Source: Centroscyllium fabricii
Lineage: Eukaryota
Assembly (NCBI GenBank): GCA_051313645.2
Contig: JBNRSN020000021.1
Span: forward strand, 35,402,001 to 35,466,000
Reading direction: 5' to 3'
Length of the DNA: 64,000 nt
Positions 24,717-37,590 of this stretch are shown here, in pieces. The notes under the pieces were generated by a model. It saw only the letters and a list, made by a program, of their open reading frames with translations, was not told the DNA's origin and did not search any database. How positions within the stretch are numbered: position 1 is the stretch's first letter; each line of letters begins with the position of its first letter. Both the position numbers and the translations under genes were made by a program.

Positions 24717-25346
24717 AGCAAAATACTGCAGATGCTGGAAATCCAAAATAACAACAGAAAATACTGGAAAAACTCAGCAGGCCAGGCAACATCAGTGGAG
24801 AGAAATATAGAGTTGACGTTTTGGGTTGGGACCCTTTATCGAGACTAAAGCTGGGGAATGAAACAAGCAGGAAGGCGGGGGGGGAGGTGGGAGGGAACAA
24901 AGAGAAGAGAGCAGAAAGAGAAAAGACTTTGCGAGGTATTCAAAATGAGACGAGATGCTGTGGGCAGGAGACAGCTATAGGTTAGGTGTGAAGAACTCTG
25001 GCAGGATGGGAGGCGGCTGCCATGATAGAGAAAAGAAAGGCCAAATAAAAGGTGTGGATAAAAAGAGGTAAAAATATAATGGGGGCCGAAGTTCTGATCT
25101 GAAATTGTTGAACTCGATATTGAGTCCGGAGGGCTGTAAAGTGCCTAATCGGAAGATGAGGTGTTGTTCCTCGAGTTTACGTTGAGCTTCCGAGGAACAA
25201 TGTAACAGGCAGAGGACAGAGAGGTCAGAGTGGGAGTGAAACAGAGAATTAAAGTGAAAGGCGACCAGGAGCTCGGGGTCCCCCTTGCGGACTGAAGGGA
25301 GATGCTCCGCAAAGCGGTCACCCAATCTGCGTTTGGTCTCCCCAAC
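24717..25346 (-). mobile_element. Penelope-like 3' fragment (GIY-YIG C-terminus and pLTR with decayed hammerhead)
   Basis: GDRFAEHL...HFNS...RKLEEQHLIFRLGTLQPSGLN; minus-strand ctcgataaagggtcccaacccaaaacgtc. Confidence 0.85.
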
Positions 25347-25529
25347 TAGCCTGGCAGGGCCATCCTATGGGCCCCCGTGTGGAATGTTTATGCTTCACCT
25401 AAACTAACTGATTAAAAAGGCTGTCTCAAATTCTGATGCAAGTTTTCCAGAAAAACAAAACTTATCATTTAAAGATATTATTCGTGTAGCCATATACATT
25501 TTTAGGCGCCCCTAGTTTCTAACAGCTCT

Positions 25530-25897
25530 GGTCGCAGTGGTTAGCACTGCTGCCTCGCAATAAGGAGCTCCTGGGTTCGAATCCTGCTTGGCCCGGGACA
25601 CCTCTGCGTGGAGTTTTCATGTTCTCCCCGTGTTCGTGTGAGTTTCCTCCGGGTACTCCGGTTTCCTCCCACCACCCAAAGACATGCAGGTTAGGCGAAT
25701 TGGAGATACTAAAAAAAATTGCCCATGAGTATGTGAGTGAGATATAGTTCTTAGAGTTGGGGGTGTCGGGCGATATGGGGAGAGGGTAGGAGGGGGGGTG
25801 CTGGGTTTGGATGATCAGCCATGATCTCATCAAAATGGTGGAGCAGGCTCGAAGGGCCGAATGGGCTACTCCTGCTCCTATCTTCTGTGTTTCTGTG
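25530..25897 (+). mobile_element. Divergent V-SINE
   Basis: gcagtggttagcactgctgcc, ggttcgaatcc, V core and CR1 tail. Confidence 0.85.
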
Positions 25898-25959
25898 TCG
25901 TGCATTTAACTGCTGAGCCACTGTCTGTGGAGGGAGACTGCTTAGTTTATAGGGAGAAC

Positions 25960-28900
25960 TGTAGCGCCAGCAAGGCCTAGGAACCACGCGTGAGCCAGAG
26001 AGACAGAAAAAACACTTGTTTAATGCATCACAGTAACACAAGAAGAGAGTGAACCACTCGAAGCAGGCTTATTTAAACTGCCCGCCGTTGGTGACGTCAT
26101 CACGCCGCAAGTCGTGGTTACATCATCGTGTCACCCGATGATCGGGGCCATGCCCCGCAGTGTTCCCGAGTCGGATTCGGTGTCCTAGTGGGCGTGCCGC
26201 CACACAGCTCCCCCCCAGAATCTGTCCGGGAGAATAAAAAGAGTCTATGTGAGCCGTTGGGGTGGCCGGATGATGCGGCCGGCACGTGTTGTGCGTTGTT
26301 CCTGGTTCTGCGGTGGAGTGTGGGCGGGTGTTGTTGCGGGAGGGCGTCCGCGTTGCGGTGGTTGTGCGGGGACTGTCGTCTCGCCCGCTATAATGTGTGC
26401 CGGTTTGAGCCGGTCTACTGAAACAGTTTCTGTTCTGTTGCCCATTTGAAGCTGGAAAGCTTTAGCTCCCGCCCGAAGCACTCTATAAGGGCCATCGTAT
26501 GGTGGCTGTAGTGGTGATCGGTGTCCGTCGCGCCGGACGAACACAAATTTCGAATTTTTAATGCCGTCCGATACTCGTGCTGCCGGCTCTCCGTGCCGGG
26601 CCACTGGTAGTGGTTGGAACGCTCGTGCCGGGTTGGCAAAGTCCTTTAGGTACTGGTCGGCTGACCAGGGAGCGTTTGGCTCGGCTAGGAACTCGCCCGG
26701 CACTGTTAGGGCTTGGCCGTAGACGAGTTCTGCTGCCAAGGCGTTTAGGTCCTCTTTGACTGCCGAGCGCAGCCCGAGGAGGACCCATGGGAGACGGTCG
26801 GTCCATGACGCATCTTTGAGGGTGGCCCGCAGTGATGTGTTCATAGAGCGGTGGAACCGTTCGCATAGCCCGTTAGATTGTGGGTGGTATGCGGTGGTTC
26901 GATGTAAGGTTACCCCGAGGTCGCGGGCGATGGCCGCCCATAGTGCTGACGTAAACTGGGGTCCTCTGTCGGAGGTGATATCGGTGGGCACGCCGAAGCG
27001 GGCGAACCAGGTGGCGATGAACGCCCTGGCCAAGTCCGTGGTGCCGGTGGCAGCGAGGGGGACCGCTTCTGGTCAGCGAGTGTTGCGGTCGACCATGGTC
27101 ATTACATGCGTGTGGCCCCGGGATGGCGGTAGTGGCCCGACGAGGTCGATATGGACGTGGTCAAAGCGTCTGGCCGGCACTGTAAACGTTTCCAGCGGTG
27201 CCCTGATGTGCTTATGCACTTTGGAGCGCTGACAGGCGATACAGGAGTTGGCCCAGGCGCGGACGTCTTTGCGCAGGCCGCGCCATATGAACCGGGCCGA
27301 GATTAGTTTAATCGACGCGCAGGTGCCGGGGTGGGACAGGTCATGGAGGGTCTTGAAAATGTGTCGCCTCCATGCGTGGGGGACGACGGGCCTGGGCTGC
27401 GGCAGGGACACGTCGCAGCAGACGACGGTGGCAGCGGGGCCGTGCGCGATTTTGGCCAAGTGGAGGCCGGGGAGGTTTGCTGCGGGGTTGAGCAGGTCAG
27501 GGTCAGCCAGCTGGTCTGCTGCCAACTGGGCGTAATCGACCGCCATTTGGGCGGCGTTAATAGTGGGGCGTGAGAGGCAGTCAGCGACCACGTTGTCGCG
27601 GCCGGAGATGTGTTGAATGTCGGTCGTAAATTCCGACACGGCGGCGAGCTGGCGCTGCTGCCTGGCCGACCAGGGTTCGGCGACCTTAGCCATCGCAAAG
27701 GTGAGTGGATTATGGTCGACGAAGGCTGTAAAGTGGCGGCCCTCCAGGAGGAAGTGAAAATGTCGCACTGCAAGATGGAGAGCGAGGAGCTCCCTATCGA
27801 AGGCGCTGTACTTGACCTCTGGGGGCCGGAGCTGCCGGCTAAAGAAGGCCAGAGGCTGCCACGAGTTGCCGGTCCACTGCTCAAATACGGCCCCGACCGC
27901 GTGGTCGGAGGCGTCAGTGGTGAGGGCTACTCTGGCGTTGGGCCTAGGGTGGGCTAGGAGGGTGGCGTTAGCCAGGGTGGTTTTGGTTGCGGTGAAGGCG
28001 GTGTCGGCGTCGGCCGTCCACTCTACCGCAGTCTGCCGGGTTGCCCGCGTGTGGCCTGGTATAAGAGGGCCATGACTGCGGCTGCTCCCGGGATAAAGCG
28101 GTTGTAAAAATTGACCATCCCCAGAAATTCCTGCAGCCCGTTAATGGAGTGCGGGCGGGGAAATTCCTGGACCGCCTGCACCTTGGAGGGCACGGGTATG
28201 GCCCCGGTTTGGGAAATGCGGTGGCCGAGGAAGTCAATGGTTTGGAGGCCGAATTTACACTTAGTGGGGCTTAATATTAGGCCGTGTTCGACCAGGCACT
28301 GGAACAGGGTCCTGAGGTGCAGGAGGAGTTCCTGGGGGGAGGTGCTGGCCACGAGGATGTCGTCCAGGTAGACGAAAATGAATGTCAAGTCCCGTAGGAC
28401 TGAGTCCATGAGGCGCTGGAAGGCCTGGGCCGCGTTTTTAAGGCCGAAGGGCATCCTGAGAAACTCGAAGAGTCCAAAGGGAGTGATGATGGCCGTTTTA
28501 GGAATGTCCGCCGAGTGCACCGGGACCTGGTGGTAGCCACGCACCAGGTCGATCTTGGAGAAGATCGTGCAGCCCGCTAGTCTGGCGGAAAAATCCTGGA
28601 TGTGGGGTACGGGGTACCTATCCGGGGTGGTGGCATTGTTAAGACGGCGGTAGTCGCCGCAGGGGCGCCAACCCCCGCCCGGCTTGGGGGCTATGTGGAG
28701 AGGAGAGGCCCAGGGGCTGTTGGAGCAGCGGATAATAACGAGTTGCTCCATGGTGCGGAACTCGGTGCGCGCGATCTCCTGTTTGGCCGGGTCGAGCCTG
28801 CGGGCGTGGGCATGGTCGGGAGGGCCGGTGGTTGTTATAAAATGCTCTACCCCGTGTTTGGCCCGGCGGGCGGTGAACGTGGGGTTGGTTAGGGTGGGGA

Positions 28901-30420
28901 ACTCTGCTAAGAGTGTGCCGTAGGCTTCGGAGTTCCGAGAGCGGCATTGGGCGGCCGCGTGGGCCAGGAGTGCGGGCCCTGTGGAGCATGGGATGGTCGA
29001 CATGTTATTGATGTCGACCAAGCGGCGCCGGGTCATATCGACCAGCAGGCCGTGGGTGCAGAGGAAATCTGCCCCGAGGAGGGGTGAAGTGACCTGGGCT
29101 GTAACAAAGTCCCAGTTATACGTGTGGCCTGCAAGTCTAATAGTGAGCTTGCGGGTGCCGTACGTTTTAATATTGGAGCCGTTGGCCGCTGCGAGTGGCG
29201 GGCCCCGGGTGCCTTGTTTGGCTTCTGCTGGGGAGGCTGGCACGATGCTGTGCTGTGCGCCTGTGTCGCAGAGGAACCGGAGGCCTGTGCCGCTGTCTGT
29301 GACAAAGAGCAGTGCTCCTGTGTGTCCTACAGACATAGTGGGGGCTGGGGTGGGCCGTGGCTTAAATGCGCATGGCTGGACGCAGCGGTGCGCTTTATTA
29401 TCGAACCGCGTGTGGTAGTAGCACCAGCCGGTGCTAGAGGGACGCGGTTGCCTGGGTGGGCGCGGGGCCCTAGGTTCAGGCATGAGGTTGGGCCTGGGGG
29501 GCGAGTGGTTGCGCTCGATAGATGCGGCGTTAGGGTCGCACGTGGTTGAGCGGGTGCGCTCTGCCGCCATGAGCCTGTCGGCTTCCTCAGCGAGCTCGTC
29601 GCCGCTCCGCTGGCCAAGGGCCGCCAAGGCCGGCCTGATGGAGCGGGGTAGTTTGAGGAGGAAAACGGTGCGGAACAGGGAGACGGGATCGGCGGTGAGC
29701 GCTTGCATCTGACCCCACAGGTCTCATGGGTCGGTATCCCCGAGCTCGGGGAGGTTAAGGAGCTGGCAGTCGCGCTCAAATGGAGAGGGGGTAAAAAAAA
29801 TTATGAGCGCGGCCTTGAGGAACTCGTACCTGCCTGTAGTGGGCACACGCTGTAGTTTGGACCACATCCGATCGATCGTCGATTGCGGTAGGGCTGAGAA
29901 GACCAGGTCGTAGCGGTCGTCCCCCTGGACGCCATGTGTGCGGCAGCTGGTTTTAATACACATAAACCAGGCCGCTGGCCGTTGCTCCCAGAACTCTGGC
30001 AGGGTGAGTCTGTGCCCGAAGTTCTGGCCAAGTCCTTGGGTTCGTGGAGCTTGGTTCCTTGCTCTTGAAGCCATGTTTTCCCTTTTTAAGTGTCCTTAGG
30101 CTGGTGATCCTTGATCCTGCGGCAGCTTTTTTTTCTTTGGAAGTCGTTCCAATTCGGGGTCACCACTGTAGCGCCAGCAAGGCCTAGGAACCACGCGTGA
30201 GCCAGAGAGACAGAAAAAACACTTGTTTAATGCATCACAGTAACACAAGAAGAGAGTGAACCACTCGAAGCAGGCTTATGATGACGTCACCAACTGCCCG
30301 CCGTTGGTGACGTCATCACGCCGGAAGTCGTGGTGATGTCATCGCGTCACCCGATGAGCGGTGCCATGACCCGCAGTGTTCCCGAGTCGGATTCGGTGTC
30401 CTAGTGGGCGTGCCGCTACA
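25960..30420 (-). mobile_element. Near full-length CsRN1-like Ty3/Gypsy LTR retrotransposon
   Basis: LTRs 30167-30420 (5') and 25960-26204 (3'); 4-bp TSD gaac; PBS TGGTGACCCCG (tRNA-Trp type) at 30165-30155; PPT at 26205-26216. Confidence 0.95.
26245..30074 (-). pseudogene. gag-pol (Gag, protease, RT, RNase H, integrase) with a few frameshifts and stops
   Basis: [37 protein letters not shown]...CIAC, ITSDRGPQF, ERFHR, GPY. Confidence 0.93.
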
Positions 30421-31351
30421 GAACAATGTTGATAAAAGATATGGGAGTGAAATATTGAAGATAGCATTGCTAAAATGTGTTTCACATTTTGTCAGTGGGA
30501 TTGGAAGATTGTTGGTCTATAAATAGCTTGCGCTAATTACTAAATTATTAGGAGTGCACTGTAACCGGTATTGTTTTTATGCAGGTCTCTCAAAATTAGA
30601 ATCAAAATAATCCTTTTTTTTTGTCTGTTTTCACTTTTTTAAAGCAAACAGCATTTTCTACACAGGCTTCCTTTGGGACTGCTGCTGGCTGCAGGCTATT
30701 AAATAGAACAGGCACAAAGTCCGTTAACCAAGATAAATGCTGAAATGTCGTCTTAATATACCAACTGGTGTGTAAACTAACAGATTGTTACTAATTGAAA
30801 AGAAAATATCTTGTTTGGCGACTCTCAACGGATTTCATTATGTCCCTAATCTAAAGATTACCATTCTCACTGTCTCATAATGTATGACTTTAGAAAGGAA
30901 GAAATTCAACCCTATTTCAGAAAACAATCAATTGTTCACTCATGAATCGCATCCCACGAGTTCAGTTCTGGTAGAATCTGGCTTCTCAGAACTCTGCAGG
31001 CTGACAAAACTGTGGGAATCATTTCTGCCTTGTAGTGGAATGGTATCATTTGGTGGCTGGTATTACTGAATGTGATTAACAGAATTCTCATACGAAATAG
31101 GTATTTTTGCTTCTCGCAACCCGTGGAGCTGACGACAGCTCATTCGTGATTTCATCGCACTTGAGCTATATGGTTAGCCTTGCACGTGAAAACAAAGCTC
31201 GTATTTCATGACTATATTTTTTGAACTAAGGAGTTTAATTTCCTCTTGTATCCAAGTGATTAACGTGCTCACGCTAAATTCCTTGAGCACAATTTTAACT
31301 GAGGCGCACAGCCATGTATTTTAATTTGTTTATTCACGGTTATGAAAATAT

Positions 31352-32266
31352 GTCCTCTACTCCCTCTTCACTCACGACTGTGCGGCTGTCCATGGCTCCA
31401 ACACGATCATCAAGTTCGCGGATGACACCACGGTGGTTGGCCAGATCACCAACAATGACGAGTCAGCCTACAGGGATGAGATCCAGCGCCTTGTGGGTTG
31501 GTGTGCCGACAACAACCTGGCACTGAACACCAAGAAAACCAAGGAGATCATAGTGGACTTCCGGAGGACTGGAAGCAGAAGACACCCACCCGTCTTCATC
31601 CAAGGGGCTGAGGTGGAAAGGGTGTCCAGCTTCAAGTTCCTCGGGGTCCACATCTCGGAAGATCTCTCCTGGTCACTAAACACCTCCTCTCTGGTTAAGA
31701 AGGCCCAACAGCGCCTGTACTTCCTAAGGAAGCTGAAGAAAGCCAGGCTGTCATCCGGCATCCTCTCCAACTTCTACCGCTGCACAATAGAAAGCATACT
31801 GACAAGCTGCATCACTGTCTGGTATGGGAATTGCACTATCTCGGACCGGAAAACCCTGCAGCGGGTAGTCAAAACTGCCCAACGAATCACCGGTACACAG
31901 CTACCGTCAATGGAAAGCATCTACCTCAAACGCTGCTTACGGAGGTCTATGAACATTATTAAAGACCCCACACACCCCAGCTACAGTCTGTTCGCCCCCC
32001 TGCCCTCCGGGAGACGCTACAGAGCAATTTGCACCCGCACGACTAGATTTCAGAACAGCTTCTTCCTCAGGGCTGTCAGCCTTCTATACTCTAAAAAGAA
32101 ACTCCGGTACCTGCACGCCTGATAATGTACTCTACTGTATGCATTTTGCATGTAATTTATTTATTTTATTTGCACTACTCTCAGGAGAGTCGAGTCTTCA
32201 TCTCGTTGTATTGTACTAGTACTCTGCAATGACAATAAAACTTGAATTGAATTGAATTGAATTGAA
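31352..32266 (+). mobile_element. Rex1/Babar LINE 3' fragment
   Basis: IIKFADDTTVVG...KTKEIIVDFRR...AQQRLYFLRKL...FYRCTIESIL; tail aataaa plus (ttgaa)n. Confidence 0.92.
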
Positions 32267-33399
32267 TGTCAGGGAATTTTTTGCAAATGCTTTAACCAGC
32301 ATCTTAACAGAGACAATTAAACCTCTACGTGTTCATAGCTGTTCTGGTTCTTTTTGCTGTCTGGTGCAAACCGAGTCCAGTACAAATTCCATCTGACCAG
32401 CATGTTGCATGATGTCTGAGGATGTACTCCTGTGTCCTTCGTTGTTTATGTTTGATGCATAAAAAATAGATAAAGTTTAAATAATGCATTTGTTTTTGCG
32501 TGCATGTGGGTTTTTTTTCAGATTGTGAACTGAAATGCACAATTAATTCAATACCCAGGGAGGACATACCTAAGACAATGTTTGCTATTTTCTCCCCTCT
32601 TTTACGCCCTACCCTCATGCCACGTACCATTGCTCCATGGTCTTAACCACCATTTAAGCACGGTTTCACGATCCCGCCACTGAGTGACTTCCCCGAAACC
32701 AAAGGTGAGGTAAAAATGATAGAATCATATTATAGAATCACGGAATAGTACAGCGCAGAAGGAGGCCATTTGGCTCATTGAGTCATCATTACCTGTTGTA
32801 AATCTCTGCACAGATGAGACTGATGTAAAGGACTGAGAACAATTTGACCAATGCGGCTGGCACATCTCTGAAGACCTTGCGCCTGCCAACCTGAGGAAGT
32901 TGGTGCCTCATGCCACTATTGTTGAATTTTCCTTACCTGGCACTGTATTTGTATGTCTTCAAGTTCCAGTGCAAGCTTACCAATCTGCTTACAAACTACA
33001 CAATAAAAAATCCACGTGAAAATTGTTAAACCATTAGCAGCTCAGCGGGGACCCTTGAGCTCACTGCACAAGCAGTGATTGCCGTACAGCATCTACTATT
33101 CACATAGTTCTATTCAAACCTCTATATGCTGAAAATCATTTCCTGCCCAGCAACCCCTCTAAAACATTCTTATAATTTCTAGTAGTACATGGCAGGCAGT
33201 CCTGAACACGGAAACACAAAACTACAATTTTGAGAGACTCAAACGTGAAAAAGTCACGGACAAAGAAACGATAGGAGACAAGTAAAGAAATGCTCTCTGG
33301 AGTTTGCTTTAACATGTTCTCTGGTACCCTGAGTCTTTAGCCAATTAAATCGTACTCGCAAGATGAAATTTATGTTGTTGTAATCAAATATGTTTGCAG

Positions 33400-33573
33400 T
33401 GCACTTCCAAGTGTAATAAGATGACCCCACGCTTATTTAAGAAGGCTATCATCAACGAGTCCAATCTTCCCCTCACTCTTTGGCAATGCTACAGGGCATC
33501 ATTAAATAGCGGGCATCTGGCCCTCTGTTTGCCAGCTGTCAATATTTTGACACTTGTTTATGTGCACAAAAAG
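33400..33573 (+). CDS. Candidate exon, 174 bp, phase 0-0, product unknown
   Basis: tttgcag acceptor, AAG|gtaagt donor; only one frame is open. Confidence 0.28.
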
Positions 33574-33699
33574 GTAAGTAATGGCTTACAATGCAGGGCT
33601 CCAGCAAGACAGTGAGAATTGACATTTCCTCACAACATAAAACTTGTAACATTAATCGGGGGAGCAAGGGCTCATGATTGCGGTATTCACGAAGAAAGA

Positions 33700-34170
33700 C
33701 TAAAAGAAAGAAGGACTTGCATTTATATAGCGCCTTTCACATCCACCGGACGTCTCAAAGCACTTTACAGCTAATGAAGTACTTTTTGAAGTGGAGTCAC
33801 TGTTGTAATGTGGGAAATGCGGCAGCCAATTTGCGCACAGCAAGCTCCCACAAACAGCAATGTGATAATGACCGGATAACCTGTTTTTGTTATGTTGGTT
33901 GAGGGATAAATATTGGCCAGGACACCAGGGATAACTCCCCTGCGCTTCTTCGAAATAGTGCCGCGGGATCTTTTATGTCCACCTGAGAGAGCAGACGGGG
34001 CCTCGGTTTAACGTCTCATCCGAAAGACGGCACCTCCGACAGTGCAGCGCTCCCTCAGTACTGCACTGTCAGCCTAGACTTTTGTGCTCAAGTCTCTGGA
34101 GTGGGACTATGAACCCACAACCTTCTGACTCAAAGGCGAGTGTGCTGCCCACTGAGCCACAGCTGACACA
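33700..34170 (-). mobile_element. DeuSINE (SacSINE1/AmnSINE1-like)
   Basis: Deu-domain-like gtcggaggtgccgtctttcggatgagacgttaaaccgaggccccgtctgc on minus; tRNA head; L2-type tail gcgctatataaatgcaagt. Confidence 0.82.
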
Positions 34171-34951
34171 AGCCATAGGTCCGGTTATTGTGACTGTTTG
34201 ATTTTGGTTTACCTACTTGCCTCCCCTCTCCCTCCTCCAATGCCCAACCTAAAAATGCACTTCTATCAATAAACTTGTCACAACCTAATTAACCAGAAAA
34301 AATTCTATTTGTTCAATTAAAAGACATTGGAAATTATTCTTTTATGTTGGGTTCAAATTTGTTACCTTCATATTTATTCCATTTTGTTGATTTAAACACT
34401 TTTAATGATTATTTTTCTAAATGATGTATACTTGCCTGAAAACCTTTCAGAAGTATCCCCTCAAGCAAAATTATATTCCTGCGAGTCTGTCAGTAATTGA
34501 CCACTCTGAGTTCTTGGACGAGACACAAACAGGCAGCAGCCAGTGTGTTTGAGCAATAGATCAGATTTTTTAAGCTTACAATGTAATCAATACTTAATAT
34601 GAGGCTATAGTGACGAATAGCTCGCAACCCTTGGTTTCTGGAGCCCTTCGGACACGGGCAACGTCGTCGCAGGTCTGTTCCTGATCTTCACAGCAAAACT
34701 CTGTGTGAAACTGTTCATTGAATCTCGAGGTTTTAACCCATTCCTCATCAACAGCTTGGCTTGGCCAGTGTCCATCTATGATCTTTAACAAACTCACCTT
34801 TTGAATTGGTTCTAATGATCAAAATACCATTGTCATTCAGGTTAAGGCTAGTAACTTGGCCACCCCTTTTGCAGTACATTTCCATTAACCCTGTTCTGCT
34901 GTCATGTTATCTTGTTTATAACTTTTCACCCCATTGGAATTTACCTTGGAG

Positions 34952-35401
34952 GGGCCAGAACTTCCTCTGTGCAGCGATTTGAAACAGGTAAATTAACTTA
35001 AAATCGGATTTGTAAATTTAAAAAAAAAACTTTAACTTAAAAATTTAACGCTACCGATCTGGCCACATTACTCCCCAAAACTGTAAAAAATTTAAATTAA
35101 AGTTAAAAAATTAACTTACCTGCTTTAGTAACTAAATCTTGTCCCTCACGCACGAGTTTACTACTGGTTTTCCCGGGTGCAGCTTGTTGGCCAGTTGCCC
35201 ACAGAATCACTCACCAAAAATCACCCTTTTGGATTGCAAATTCTGGGTGCAACTCATTCCTGCGTTTGATGCTGAGGGCCCTTCTCCCTCAGCAGAGGAA
35301 ATTCCCGTTCGTGGGCATCCCCCGTGCGTTCATCGCACGGGGCATTTCGGACACCCCTCCGTGCGTGTGCAGCTCCTCTGGAGCAGAGGAAATTCTGGCC
35401 C
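34952..35401. mobile_element. MITE
   Basis: TIRs gggccagaacttcctctg / cagaggaaattctggccc (17/18); no clear TSD. Confidence 0.8.
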
Positions 35402-35641
35402 ATGCATATCTCTTTCATTTCATGCCTCAAGCAGTACAAGGCCTTTACAGCAAGGGCCCAGATCATTTCAGCACTGTTTCACTTGTCTTGATGTATCCAG
35501 ACTATCTCACTTTAATCCACCAGATTAATACCTTAACTTCCATGCTCTCTCTCATTTTATCTCCTTATACTAATTATTGGTTCTAATTATTGTTGCAATT
35601 AGTTTTGTCAAGCGAATTCTAAGTTCTAACAGCGTTATAAT

Positions 35642-36480
35642 GGCCCAGAACTTCGGGTCGGAGGCCTACCGCGGGCGCAGGCCTCCGACCTGCACTTACC
35701 TTGCGCGCCGGCCGTTGAGCTGTGGGCCCACATGGAATTGCAATCCTGGGCCTCCTCCAACTGCCGACGTGCAGCGCTTGCGCATCCCAGGGGTGCAGTT
35801 AGTTCGATGCGTCCCCTGGCATCACGTGGGCCATGGAGAGCCAATGGTAGCACGGAAGTGCCCATTCATAGAATTGACAGAAAGAGCTGTCAAAACTCGA
35901 AATACTATAAGCCCCAAAACATCCCTCAAACTTCAAATAATTTTTTTTTTAAATCACAATTTTAAAATAACTATAAATTGCATGAAATAACTATTTTAAA
36001 CAATAATTTACATTAAAAAAAAAATTACATTTTCTAAAGGGGCTAAAAATACACTTCTCTTTCCTTAAAGTATTTAAAAATAATAAACCTTTGGAAAAAA
36101 TATTTTAATTTTAATTAATTCACCACTTACCTTGTTAAAAGCAGACCTTACGACTGCTTTTTACATGTGTAACTTTTGGAGACTTACCCTCCCGGTAAAA
36201 CCTGGAAAAAAAAGCTACATTCGATGCGCACGCGCTGTCTCACCCGCGCACGTGTTCGACTCATCTCGTCTTCGTCTCGTTGTATTGTACTAGTACTCTG
36301 CAATGACAATAAAACTTGAATTGAATTGAATTGAATTGACCTCTGAACACCTTCTTTCAGGGGAACGGAAGTTGCGGTTTCCCACGCATGCGCAGTGCAT
36401 GCACGAAACCGGCACTTTTGTTGGGCCTACGCATGAGTACCCAGCACGTAATCACGCGTTGGGACCTGAATTTCTGAGGA
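35642..36480. mobile_element. MITE of the ggcccagaa-TIR family with a nested Rex1 3' tail (36260-36339)
   Basis: TIRs ggcccagaacttcgggtc / gacctgaatttctgagg; colinear with 54287-55010; nested tail matches 32195-32266. Confidence 0.78.
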
Positions 36481-36689
36481 ATATGTTTTTCTTCGCAATT
36501 TAATGATTTGACCCTCACTTGCAGTCTGTGGCTGTTGGTTATCAAAACTTTGTCAAAACTGCTTTTGAACTGTCTGCAGCTACATTTTGAACAGGTTCTA
36601 GTTACCCAGGAGTAATTATGGGTAATATTATTTGGTCAATTGCTACACTTGAATTTATATGTGTATGATTATCATCTACTAAATATCTT

Positions 36690-37018
36690 ACAGTCCTCTC
36701 TGATCTGTACTGTACCTCGGCGACCAAGGCCCCAGCGCTCCAACCACGCAGGGCCCGGCGCTCCGACCTCAGCGACCACGCAGGCTCCGGCTCCAAACAC
36801 TCCAAACACTCGGACCTCAAGGCCTCGGCGCTCCGACCATGCCGGCCTCGGTGCGCCCCCGATGCTCCGATCGCAGACATCCCGGTGCTCCGACAACTCC
36901 GTTGCGCCGACCCCGGTACACTACCTCGCCGACCATGCCGTCTCCTCCGAGCGAACAGACCCAGAACTACCAGCGGACAGCGTTATCTCAGGAGACGCAA
37001 AGCCGCTGCGTGTACACT
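36690..37018. repeat. CpG-rich internally repetitive segment, unclassified
   Basis: Recurrent gcgctccgacc / gctccga units; possibly a LINE 5' UTR on the minus strand. Confidence 0.35.
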
Positions 37019-37164
37019 GGCCAATTCCTGGCCAATTAACAGGAAGCAGGTTTGATGACGTCATTTGATAACACGTCATCAGCCGGTTTCCTTAAAGGGA
37101 CCATGGCCACATTGAATTTATTCGTTGAGCTGTCAGTGTTCTGCAGCATTAATGTGCTGCAAAC

Positions 37165-37338
37165 ACTGACAAGCACTGGACAAAGGTGCATGTCTGCACC
37201 CAGGCTCTCCCCTGACTCCCTCCATATGGTTCTCCAGGAAATCAGCGCAGCCTGGTTGCATATTGCACAAGGGGACACGAGCAGGGATGTCGTCAGGAGT
37301 CCCTGGCTGCAGTGGCGCAAACCTTTCAATGATCTCAG
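37165..37338 (+). pseudogene. Remnant of a Harbinger Myb/SANT-like ORF
   Basis: APRLSPDSL...AAWLHIA...WLQWRKPFNDL resembles the domain at 23952-24190. Confidence 0.6.
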
Positions 37339-37577
37339 TGTGGTAATCATGTATATAACCACTGTATATAGTTGCCGGTTACCTGTGTAATGCTGTAGGC
37401 TAGGTCAACCACACCCCTGACTCCTCCACTCAGGTCGGAGTATATCGGTGTGTGCTGACCTGCCCCCACGTATTCTTCACCTTGACCTCATCAGGAGACC
37501 AGCTCCATTCTTAGTTAATAAAAGCCTGTAGTTTAGGTAACTACTCGTCTTTGTGTGATTAATTGACGATACGTCAA

Positions 37578-37590
37578 TTTTGTTAACTAA
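37578..37590 (+). promoter_or_regulatory. Non-tRNA PBS complementary to its own LTR
   Basis: ttttgttaactaa pairs with 37511-37523 ttagttaataaaa (12 Watson-Crick pairs plus one G-U). Confidence 0.78.

Noticed and set aside
30577-30612. Terminal exon after ttttatgcag
   Set aside because: Only 8 codons to a stop; indistinguishable from chance.
34594-34900. Minus-strand ORF or exon near a gtgagt donor
   Set aside because: No convincing acceptor or recognisable peptide.
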